DNA of 59,160 nucleotides, counting the filler. It is 7 parts of 7 records of this genome, joined end to end, with 100 filler letters (N's around TTAATTAATTAA, not from the genome) between each part and the next. Parts side by side here need not be neighbours in the genome. Positions count along the whole stretch, not along the records: positions 26,318 to 31,959 come from SRR31147125_41450; positions 32,060 to 39,617 come from SRR31147125_41537; positions 39,718 to 52,380 come from SRR31147125_41572; 4 more parts are not named here. One strand, 5' to 3'. Positions 31,200 to 40,289 of this stretch are shown piece after piece; within the stretch, counting starts at the first letter, position 1, and every line of letters starts with the position of its first letter. The notes below the pieces were generated by a model that had not been told where the DNA came from, did no database searches, and saw nothing but the letters and a program-made list of their open reading frames with translations. The position numbers and the translations under genes were made by a program.

Positions 31200-31449
31200 T
31201 ATGTGCTAAACGTTCCTGCAACATAAATGTTGCTTATTTATATATTGGTATACCATTATACCATAAATATTGTAATTATATAATAGTTTTATGAAGTTAT
31301 TACCAAAACCTGCAGCAAGATGCTAAAATAGTGCAAGTCTAAATTGCTCGCTTATTACTTATATTTTGATGTATTACAATTATCTCTTCCAAAAGTCTAC
31401 GTTTTAATGTATAATGACTGTTGAATTTGGTTTAAGGAGCTAATAATAG

Positions 31450-31959
<510 letters not shown>

Positions 31960-32059
31960 NNNNNNNNNNNNNNNNNNNNNNNNNNNNNNNNNNNNNNNNN
32001 NNNTTAATTAATTAANNNNNNNNNNNNNNNNNNNNNNNNNNNNNNNNNNNNNNNNNNNN
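31960..32059. other. Artificial contig spacer
   Basis: N-run, TTAATTAATTAA, N-run. Confidence 0.98.
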
Positions 32060-32164
32060 TTTTTCTCTTGTAGCAGCTTCATTTCCCTCATAAGAGACTT
32101 GTTCAATCTCGAAGCATCGATCTAAATCGGATTCAGCAACATTACGAATTATATAATCACTCAT
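32060..32164 (-). CDS. GNAT acetyltransferase N-terminus (truncated by contig end; not in ORF track)
   Basis: Manual translation MSDYIIRNVAESDLDRCFEIEQVSYEGNEAATREK; GAAAGG RBS. Confidence 0.65.
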
Positions 32165-32176
32165 TTTAAACCTTTC

Positions 32177-32351
32177 ACATAACGCACAGCTTCACCGGCC
32201 GGAGGATGAATAAAAATGCCTTTTGAAGATATTGAATTAAATGTTTCACAAGTTTTCCAATAAATACTGTTGCCCGCCCGATCCTGAATGAAAGCCGTGA
32301 TTGAACGAAGCCGCGCGGCTTTTTACGTCGGCTGTATTAACTTTGTTAGAT
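32177..32351 (-). mobile_element. Degenerate integron attC remnants
   Basis: Minus strand: ATCTAAC-AAAGTTAATACAGCCGACGTAAAAAGCCGCGCGGCT (R''-side half), and GGTGAAGCTGTGC-GTTATGT just before the GNAT RBS (R'-side half). Confidence 0.55.
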
Positions 32352-32794
32352 TTAATTTCTAAAGATGAATTTTCAGCTTTTACAATATCAATAATTCCGT
32401 GATTTATAAGAAGAGCAGCCCCATTTTCGTAATCCAGAAAGCCATATAAGGTCGGTGAAACTCGCACTAACCGTCCTTTAACAGGTTTCCTGCTACTTCC
32501 AGAAAAATGAACCTCATGGGTATTTGGCCTGTTTGAACTTAGTAATCGCTCTGCTTTCCTAATCCCCTTATCTAATGCCTCGCTGCCTGCAATATTAAAA
32601 AGGATTATTAGGAAAACGAAAAATACTGTGATCCCATACTTTTTGGAATATTCGCTAAATCGAATTATAGCTTTACTGAATAATTCAATTTTTTTACCCA
32701 TTAAAAATAACAAAACGTAAACAGCTGCAAGGATCAATACTAAATAGACGGCTAGAGTTGGGGATTGACCTGACATTACTGTTATAAACCCATC
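32246..32794 (-). pseudogene. Cassette-like membrane protein ORF, 5' end replaced by a palindrome, reading through its broken attC
   Basis: Two TM helices; 'SNKVNTADVKSRAA' is encoded by the attC half; the called start lies inside the palindrome. Confidence 0.5.
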
Positions 32795-32835
32795 GTAAGT
32801 CATGACCACCGGCATAGCCGGTGGTCATGACTTAC
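32795..32835. repeat. Perfect 41-bp palindrome with IS200/IS605-type hairpin core
   Basis: GTAAGTCATGACCACCGGC-ATA-GCCGGTGGTCATGACTTAC. Confidence 0.75.
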
Positions 32836-32890
32836 ATTCACCCCTGTAAATTTTCTGTGGAAGTAGTATTGGATAAAAAAATGACGATTA

Positions 32891-33658
32891 CTACCCCCAG
32901 AGTTCCTGAACCAATTCACGACTCAGATTCAAATATTTGTGTTGCATATTCAAATCATAACAGAAAACTTCCAAGGTAATCGTGCTGTTGTAACCGATTG
33001 CCTTTAATGAATTCACTGCCTTTTTCCAATCCACGGTTCCGATACCCAAGGGCATATGATCATCGGATCTGGATCGGTTATCAGAAAAATGAACGTGCTG
33101 AATGTGTTCTCCCAATTCTTTACAAAACAGCTCATGATCATCGACACCGAAGTTTGAATGCCCAAAATCGAGATGCAGTTTTAAACCCGGCACTTCCGCC
33201 AGTAAGGTCTTAAAAATAGAAACGCGGTCAAAAGGGGCTTTATAGTTTTCAAGTACCAATGAGAGCCCATGTGATGCAGCCATTTCAACAATGGGTTGTA
33301 ATGTCTCTATATGGAATGAGACCAGATCTTTTTTCATAGCCGGCGGAGCAAAATAACAGGGATGAATATTCATAATCTTCGCCCCTAAGGCGGAAAATAT
33401 TTCTGCACATCGCTCCAGTTCCTGCAAGGAAGCGTCTCGGATTCCCTGGATTGGGTACGCATATGGAAGGCAAGGGTCTGTATGCCCCGTGATGAATAGA
33501 CCATAGGAATCGAGGATCGGCTTCAATTTAGCAATATCAACGCTGATGGCCTCAGGCCCTTCGATGGTCAAATCCAGAAAGTCGAAACCGACTTTGCCGC
33601 AAAACTCTGCCTCATCATAGACTGTTTTTGACGGGTTATTCATTATCCCTATTTTCAT
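32891..33658 (-). CDS. Sugar-phosphate isomerase/epimerase (xylose isomerase-like/AP endonuclease 2 TIM barrel)
   Basis: LVLEN, LHLDFGH, HVHFSDN..SDDHMPLGIG, TLEV metal ligands; start MKIG after AAGAGGG. Confidence 0.88.
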   Translation of the reverse strand: MKIGIMNNPSKTVYDEAEFCGKVGFDFLDLTIEGPEAISVDIAKLKPILDSYGLFITGHTDPCLPYAYPIQGIRDASLQELERCAEIFSALGAKIMNIHPCYFAPPAMKKDLVSFHIETLQPIVEMAASHGLSLVLENYKAPFDRVSIFKTLLAEVPGLKLHLDFGHSNFGVDDHELFCKELGEHIQHVHFSDNRSRSDDHMPLGIGTVDWKKAVNSLKAIGYNSTITLEVFCYDLNMQHKYLNLSRELVQELWG

Positions 33659-33866
33659 GGCACCCTCTTTCATTTGATGGATACTCGGTTCGATCCGAAT
33701 ATTACTAATTCCCCACGAAACACATTGTTGTGTTTCAACGGCTTCGATCGGCTTGTCGACAACTTCGAAATTGTTTCCCTATGTTACTGGATGATGACCT
33801 GAAACGCGAGGAAAACTTCATTCATAACGCTCTTTAATCCACTCAGCCCTCCCTTTGAATCAACAA

Positions 33867-35450
33867 TCAACTATTTTTCGCAGTGCGAATTCTATTCAAT
33901 AATTGCTGTTGCCGTCTCTTTGCACCAATGGGATCATTAAGTACATTGTTCATTTTCGGGGCAGTGATAAACGGAACCAGCATGGCGGCTTCGGATAGAG
34001 TCAGCTTTTTATAATCATGCCCGAAATAAGCCATTGAAGCCGCTTTCAAGCCAAAAGCGCCGTTTCCGAAATAGATCATGTCCAAATACATCTCCAGAAT
34101 TTCATTTTTCGTGAAGTTCATTTCGAGCACTTTAGCTATTTTCAACTCCTGAAACTTGTGTTTCAATGTCTTCTGCCGATCTTGGATGAACTGTTTTGCC
34201 AATTGCTGGGTAATCGTGGAACCTCCCTGCCGGTACAGGGGACCTCCCAAACAATATGATTTTAAATTTACCCCTGCTGCACGAATAACGGAGGTGATGG
34301 CCAGCCCCCTATGGTTGTAGAAATTTGAATCTTCGTTTATCAGCAGGGCGGTGATGAAAGGTTGGGGAACCCCTTCAATATCAATTCTTGCTGCTTCAGG
34401 AATTTTCTGCTGATATTCACGCTTGACTTCGGCAAGAATTTCTTTCATTGTTGCGTCATTGGGATTGCCGTAGAGCAACGTGATACCGGCAGTAGCAACA
34501 ACGGCAACGGCAATGAGCAAACCGATCAGCGCTTTTCTTTTCAAAGTGTTCGTGTGCATCAACATTTCGATTCTCTTCCGCAGCTCACTTTTTCGAATCC
34601 ACCCCTGGGTCAACAGCGTCTCGCGGGGATCACCGCCGCCGGCTGCAATGACTGCGGCAGTCTGGATCAGCAGTCGTGTATATTCGAACTTATCAATCTT
34701 GCGGATGGTACGTTGATCACATTCCAATTCCCTCAGAAAGACGCCGCGCCGCCGCAGAATATGCGAAATGGGATTGAACCAGAACATGTAAGCAAGCACT
34801 GTTTCCAGAAGAGACCAGAAGTGATGATGACAACGAAAGTGATTCACCTCATGGCAAATAATCACCTTTTTTTCAAATGCGGTCATGCTCGCCGGAATGA
34901 AAATGCTTTTTCGGATAAACCCTGCCGAAAAGGGAGTCTTGACCCCAATGGATTCGACCAGGTGGTAGCCGCCGCTGATGATCGAAAGGACACCGGTCTG
35001 TTTTAGACGGTGTATACGCCGCATCTGCAAGCGATACCGAATGGCGAATATTAGAAGTCCCAATATGGAAAATTGTCCGATCAGATCGACAAAATAGAAG
35101 CTGACATCCTGTATGATCGGTCGGATATGCTTTACACTGCCCACCCGGCGTGAATCGCTCGCCCCTCCCATATATGGCCCAGGGACGGCTGTTTGGTTGA
35201 GTATCTCTGGCTGATGACGCGACTCTTTTTTCGGGATATGGGCTCCCAAATCATGATCAGCACTGTAGGACATCAGCACCATGGCAACCGGCAGACTCAC
35301 TGCAAGAAGGGTAAAGAGCTTGTGAAAGAGGATGATTGACCTCAGCGATACCTTTTTAAGGCTTAGGCCTAAATAGAGTCCCAACAGAGGGAGCAGAAAA
35401 ATTGATGAAACCAGGTAACTTGAAAAGAACAGTTCATGGAATTCTTTCAT
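33867..35450 (-). CDS. BlaR1/MecR1-type M56 metallopeptidase fused to a GT51 peptidoglycan transglycosylase domain
   Basis: TM helices, TPFSAG, HEVNH, FWFNP, RELECD, LRKRIE, TM, then EDSNFYNHRG, GGSTITQQLAK, KNEILEMYL, IYFGNG, AAS..YFG, LSEAAML. Confidence 0.9.
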   Translation of the reverse strand: MKEFHELFFSSYLVSSIFLLPLLGLYLGLSLKKVSLRSIILFHKLFTLLAVSLPVAMVLMSYSADHDLGAHIPKKESRHQPEILNQTAVPGPYMGGASDSRRVGSVKHIRPIIQDVSFYFVDLIGQFSILGLLIFAIRYRLQMRRIHRLKQTGVLSIISGGYHLVESIGVKTPFSAGFIRKSIFIPASMTAFEKKVIICHEVNHFRCHHHFWSLLETVLAYMFWFNPISHILRRRGVFLRELECDQRTIRKIDKFEYTRLLIQTAAVIAAGGGDPRETLLTQGWIRKSELRKRIEMLMHTNTLKRKALIGLLIAVAVVATAGITLLYGNPNDATMKEILAEVKREYQQKIPEAARIDIEGVPQPFITALLINEDSNFYNHRGLAITSVIRAAGVNLKSYCLGGPLYRQGGSTITQQLAKQFIQDRQKTLKHKFQELKIAKVLEMNFTKNEILEMYLDMIYFGNGAFGLKAASMAYFGHDYKKLTLSEAAMLVPFITAPKMNNVLNDPIGAKRRQQQLLNRIRTAKNS

Positions 35451-35842
35451 TTGTCTTCCTCCTCGCGTTCCTTAGCGGATATGAGCTGTTTAAGCTCTTC
35501 CAGCTCACCGGGACTGAAACTGTTGGAATTCACAAAATACTGGGCAAAAGAAAGTTTGTTTCCGGAAAAAATTCGGTCAATGATCGTATTGAGTCTCTTT
35601 TTGGTAATCTTTTCCTTAGAGATTTTTGGAAAATAAAGATATTTTTTTCCGGCCGGACGATGTCCGACAATGCCCTTTTGTTCCATTTTCTGCAGCGTTT
35701 TTAGAACGGTGGTATATCCGGGGCGTTTTCTCTCCGGCCAGTTTTCCAAAATGGCGTTGACGCTCGATATATCGCCCTGCTCCCAGATTTGTTGCAGGAT
35801 CAATAATTCCAGTTCCGTAACGGCAATATTTTTTTCAGTCAT
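35447..35842 (-). CDS. BlaI/MecI/CopY family repressor
   Basis: ELLILQQIW, YTTVLKTLQKMEQKGIV, KYLYFP, FSGN, EELEELKQLI; 4-nt overlap with the M56 gene. Confidence 0.93.
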   Translation of the reverse strand: MTEKNIAVTELELLILQQIWEQGDISSVNAILENWPERKRPGYTTVLKTLQKMEQKGIVGHRPAGKKYLYFPKISKEKITKKRLNTIIDRIFSGNKLSFAQYFVNSNSFSPGELEELKQLISAKEREEEDK

Positions 35843-35921
35843 TCAATCCTCCCAAACATGGATTAGCCATCCTGCCCCAAGCGGCAGGCGTTAAAATTCA
35901 TATGTCACCATACGGCCATAG

Positions 35922-35971
35922 TTATTACGACAATCGTCGTATGTCAAGCATTATTACGACATTTGTCGTAT
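35922..35971 (-). promoter_or_regulatory. Tandem BlaI-type palindromic operators flanking a -35 TTGACA
   Basis: TACGAC-AATC-GTCGTA (35926-35941) and TACGAC-ATTT-GTCGTA (35955-35970); TTGACA on the minus strand at 35942-35947. Confidence 0.8.
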
Positions 35972-36298
35972 AATAAACCATAGGACATTGCGAGGATTTG
36001 CCCCACAATTAATTATAAAAAATGACCGAGCAACCTTTGCATCGCTCCACAAAGTAAAAGCACCTGGAACAAGTCAGTCCCAGCTTGGACGACCTCAACA
36101 CCTTCCAGACCCTTGCTGAGAAAAGGTTCGCTTCGGTGGTGTGGCGCAGTTCAGGGAGTCGATAATGGAATCGTGATGAGAACAAAAGTGAACGTAAATA
36201 AAAAACTGTGATGGGGCCATCTCGCAGAGAAGGCAAGCCAGAGAGATGGTTGAGGCAAGTGTCGATTTCAATTCAAAGGACGGAGCGGTCCACCGCAT

Positions 36299-36922
36299 TC
36301 ATCTTTTCTCGATGGTTGCCGAGTACAATCCAGCACAAATTAAGCTCAACCCGCCTGTAAGATTGAAGGCTTTTCTGAATTGTAATGATTTAAATAGCTC
36401 ACTTGTTATTGATGCGAGCAAAGAGTAGCTAATGACATTGAATAAAGCCAATAACAAAAAAGTTATTGTCAGCACTCCGAATTGAAAAAGCATGTGATGT
36501 TCAGGGCTTACAAATTGGGGCATGAAAGCAGAGAAGAAAATAATGCCTTTAGGGTTTAACGCATTTACAAGCAAAACCTCTCTGAATACTTCTGTTGAGT
36601 TATATTTTGATACAGAAAGGTGTTGAAATCTCAATTTTGAAGTTGAGAGCATCATCTTTACGCCAAGATACACCAAGTAAACAGCTCCAACATATTTGAT
36701 AACTATAAATGCAGTTGAAAAAATGGACAGCACCGCGCTTAATCCCAGTAGCGAGAGAATAATGCAAATAGCGTCGCCTAATATCACACCAAGTGATAAC
36801 GGTAAACTCGCCTTCCTACCATGATTTAATGACTGTCCCACAACATAAATGATTGTTGGACCTGGAATTACAAGAATCAAAGTTGCTGTAACCGTAAATG
36901 TCAGCCATACGTCTAGAGACAT
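36299..36922 (-). CDS. LysE/RhtB family amino-acid exporter
   Basis: PGP motif, KYVGAVYLVYLG, LNPKGIIFF.AF.PQF; GGAGG RBS. Confidence 0.92.
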   Translation of the reverse strand: MSLDVWLTFTVTATLILVIPGPTIIYVVGQSLNHGRKASLPLSLGVILGDAICIILSLLGLSAVLSIFSTAFIVIKYVGAVYLVYLGVKMMLSTSKLRFQHLSVSKYNSTEVFREVLLVNALNPKGIIFFSAFMPQFVSPEHHMLFQFGVLTITFLLLALFNVISYSLLASITSELFKSLQFRKAFNLTGGLSLICAGLYSATIEKR

Positions 36923-36965
36923 GATTTTCCTCCAATATGATAATGTTGGGCCTTGATTATTACGA

Positions 36966-37095
36966 CTATTCAGTAAACCCTCTTTCCGACATGGATTCCC
37001 GATCGATGAAATATGCCATACCTGTTTTCATTTTTCTAAAACCTTCTTTTCCTGGGGCGGCATACAAAATCACATTCACATCTTTGTAGTTTTGT
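36966..37095 (-). pseudogene. C-terminal remnant of a GNAT acetyltransferase
   Basis: VNVILYAAPGKEGF-RKMKTGMA..GFTE, lacking the usual YxKxGF segment and any N-terminal half. Confidence 0.5.
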
Positions 37096-37310
37096 AAGGA
37101 TTTTTTGAAATCACCTTGTGAAGTAAAAATTATCCGGATGCGCTCGAACCCTATTCTACACTTGACCCCATTCAGCACGGCCGGGATATAAGTTGAGAAT
37201 GCAATTGGATGTCCTTTGGAACTATGCTAATAAGATGCTTCGATTCGAGCTAAAATGAGGCTTCGAATAATTGAACAACTTCAGCATGACATCATCCGTA
37301 AAGAGAGAAC

Positions 37311-38213
37311 ATGACGCATAAAAACATATACGAAATATTAAATCATTCATTTCCGGATCTCATTCAAAAATTAAAAAATATCATAGAGAAATCAGAATTA
37401 GAATATTCTTTAAGATCCGATTCCGACAGTTTCTTGTGGGAACATACGGTTTATGTCAGTGGCATGGCCATGACCCTCTCAAAAAAAGAGGGCATTGATC
37501 CGCGCCTTCCCGTTCTAACGGCTTTATTCCACGACTGCGGCAAATTCATGGATGGCGCTTATCATGAAAATGATATCCCGGAAGAAAAAAACGGTGCGGA
37601 TATTGCCGAAACAATACTCAAAGAAGAGGGATGCCCGGTGGCAGATATAAATGTCGTGGTGAAAGCGCTGCTCGGACTCTACAACGATCAAAAAGGGAAA
37701 AGCGCCATCTCTCAAATTGTCCACGACGCCGATTTTTTAGTGAAATTTGGTTACATGGGATTTGCCAACTTTTTTGAAAAATCGGTCCTTCGAGGGATGA
37801 CCATGAGCCACAGCATTCTGAAAAAACTCAGCAAAGAGCTTACCTATGCCGCCTCCCTTGAAAGCAATATGTTTACGGCTTCCGGAAAAAAGATGGCCCG
37901 CTCAAAAGCTCAAATTACCAGAATGTTGTTTGAAAAATATTTGCAAGAGCTCAAAGAGGCCGGCATTTCAACCTATGAAATCAAAGAGATGGATTTCAAC
38001 TGCTGTGAAGGACCGGACGACGTGATCCCCCTCGTTCTTGTGTTGCCAACCAGTTGCACCCATTGCGGATCAGACATGGATATCGCCTTTGGGCGGGACA
38101 GGGGAATCAAATGTGAAAAGTTAATGGTCGCCATCGGCTGCAAGGGTTGCAACGAGGAAGAGGCGTATGACTTTTCATTCTGCCTGCCGGAGCTGGTCAA
38201 ATCCATAAATTGA
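37311..38213 (+). CDS. HD-domain phosphohydrolase with C-terminal Cys-rich (zinc-ribbon-like) domain
   Basis: WEH...LFHDCGK...HDADFL; C-terminal CTHC, C, CKGC, FSFCLPE. Confidence 0.8.
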   Translation: MTHKNIYEILNHSFPDLIQKLKNIIEKSELEYSLRSDSDSFLWEHTVYVSGMAMTLSKKEGIDPRLPVLTALFHDCGKFMDGAYHENDIPEEKNGADIAETILKEEGCPVADINVVVKALLGLYNDQKGKSAISQIVHDADFLVKFGYMGFANFFEKSVLRGMTMSHSILKKLSKELTYAASLESNMFTASGKKMARSKAQITRMLFEKYLQELKEAGISTYEIKEMDFNCCEGPDDVIPLVLVLPTSCTHCGSDMDIAFGRDRGIKCEKLMVAIGCKGCNEEEAYDFSFCLPELVKSIN

Positions 38214-38886
38214 TCATATACCAGATCATGGGAAGAAAAATTGCCGGAATCATGCTGCCGATACGGATTTTGACAATGCCGAGAACGTTAAACCCAATAG
38301 CCATGATCAAAACACCGCCCACAGCAGACATTTGACTCACCACTTCCGGCTGCAAAAAGGGTTTGATCAGCACTGCAGCCATGGTAATGCTCCCTTGATA
38401 AATAAAGATGGGCAGACTGGAGAACAGGACGCCGAAGCCGAACGAAGAAGTGAGCATAATGGCAATGATTCCGTCAAGTGTGGACTTGGCAAACAGGGTC
38501 TGATGATTGCCGGTAAGACCACTCTCAAGGGCTCCAACAATACCCATGGACCCCACACCGAAAATCAGTGTGGCGGTAATGAATCCTTTATAAAACCCAC
38601 CTTCTTCTTCCTGTTTTGCAAATTTTTTTTCAAGGGCGCGCCCAAAAGCCTCCAACCCCTCTTCAATACGCATGGCCTCCCCCAGAAAACTTCCAAGAGC
38701 CAGACTGAAAATGACAATGAGCAGCGCATCACTTCCCAAAGCCCCTTTCATGCCGATAACAACAACGGCAAGGGAAAGCGCCTGCATGATCGTGGTATTA
38801 TACTTTTCCGGAATCCCGCCCCTGAAGATCAGTCCAACCAGACTACCGGAAATGATGGCGATGGCATTCACAACGGTTCCAAGCAA
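38197..38886 (-). CDS. DUF554 (YqgA/YdfK-like) membrane protein
   Basis: MLGTVVN, VGSMGIVG, KSTLDG, YQGSIT, GGVLI.AIG. Confidence 0.88.
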   Translation of the reverse strand: MLGTVVNAIAIISGSLVGLIFRGGIPEKYNTTIMQALSLAVVVIGMKGALGSDALLIVIFSLALGSFLGEAMRIEEGLEAFGRALEKKFAKQEEEGGFYKGFITATLIFGVGSMGIVGALESGLTGNHQTLFAKSTLDGIIAIMLTSSFGFGVLFSSLPIFIYQGSITMAAVLIKPFLQPEVVSQMSAVGGVLIMAIGFNVLGIVKIRIGSMIPAIFLPMIWYMINLWI

Positions 38887-38891
38887 CTTTT

Positions 38892-39617
38892 TTACCTGTA
38901 ATCTTTATAATCTATGCCGTATTTTCCTGCTTTATAGGAAAACTTTCTCACGGTAGTGTCGATCTGTTTTGCAGCGTTTTTGATGTTTCCCCTGGTGTTC
39001 TTTAAGGAATCGATGAGCATCTCCTTTTCCAGGTTGGCCACCGCTTCCTCAAGGGTAATGGGAGCAAGGGTATGGGACTCTTTTCCGGTCTGAAGGCTGG
39101 GAGGAAGATGATAGCTGTGGATGGCCCCTTCGTTACAAAGAAGAATCGCTCGTTCGATACAGTTTTCAAGCTCCCGCACATTCCCCGGCCAATGATAGCC
39201 CATGAGCATGTCTATGGCCGGTGTGGAGAGGCGCTTTACATCCTTGAAGTGCTCTTTTGCATATTTTTCAAGAAAGAAATCAGCCAACAAAATGATATCG
39301 GTCTTCCGCATGCGAAGGCTCGGCATGTAAATGGGAAAGACATTGAGCCGGAAATAGAGATCGTCCCTGAACCCCCTTTTTCCACCATCTCTTCGAGATT
39401 GGCGTTGGTTGCGGCAATGATCCGGACATCCGCCTTGATGGTTTGGTGTCCGCCTACCCGCTCGAACTCCTTTTCCTGGAGAACACGAAGCAGCTTCACC
39501 TGTACCCCCAGATCCATGGTGCCGATCTCATCTAAGAAGAGTGTTCCCTGATGGGCCAGCTCGAACTTCCCCTTTTTCTGATGAAGTGCACCGGTAAAGG
39601 CCCCTTTTTCATGGCCA
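38892..39617 (-). CDS. Sigma54-dependent (NifA-like) activator, 5' truncated, one frameshift in a G-run
   Basis: [43 protein letters not shown] near 39372-39376 is one base short of FRDDLYFRL. Confidence 0.88.
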
Positions 39618-39717
39618 NNNNNNNNNNNNNNNNNNNNNNNNNNNNNNNNNNNNNNNNNNNNTTAATTAATTAANNNNNNNNNNNNNNNNNNNNNNNNNNN
39701 NNNNNNNNNNNNNNNNN
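39618..39717. other. Artificial contig spacer
   Basis: N-run, TTAATTAATTAA, N-run. Confidence 0.98.
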
Positions 39718-40289
39718 AAGGGGATTCGGAAGTCGGTGTCACCATCATGCAGATGGACAAGGGAATGGACACCGGCGACATCCTGGTGAAGGCCTCCCTG
39801 TCAACGAATCCGGGGGAAACTGCAGGAAGCCTGTTTCCGAAAATCGCCCGGCTTGGCAGTCATGCTCTGATGGATACCATGGACATGCTGTCCCATGGGG
39901 GACTTGCAATGATCCAGCAGGACCATGAGCAGGCCACCCACGCACCGATGCTCACGAAACGTGACGGTCTCATAGACTGGCACAAGTCCGCAGAAGAGGT
40001 CGATTGTCTTATCAGAGGACTTGACCCCTGGCCGACTGCCTATTCCTTTCTCGACAACAAGAAGCTGCAGTTATTCAAGCCGGAAGTCGTTTACCAGAGC
40101 ACGACGAGGAGCCCGGGCACCCTGCTCCGTGCCGACCGCGAGGGGTTGCTGATCGCCACTGGAGAGTCATGTCTTCTGGTCACCGAAATCAAAATGGAGG
40201 GGAAACGACGCATGAGCGTCGCTGATCTCCTCAACGGCTGGCCGCTTGAACCAGGATGCATCTTCAACGCCGGGGACAACCGGAAATGA
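39718..40289 (+). CDS. fmt: Methionyl-tRNA formyltransferase, 5' truncated
   Basis: GVTIMQMDKGMDTGD, IDW, IRGLDPWP.AY, EGKRRM. Confidence 0.93.

Noticed and set aside
36956-36968. Third BlaI operator (ATTATTACGAC) upstream of lysE
   Set aside because: Half-site only, with no GTCGTA partner
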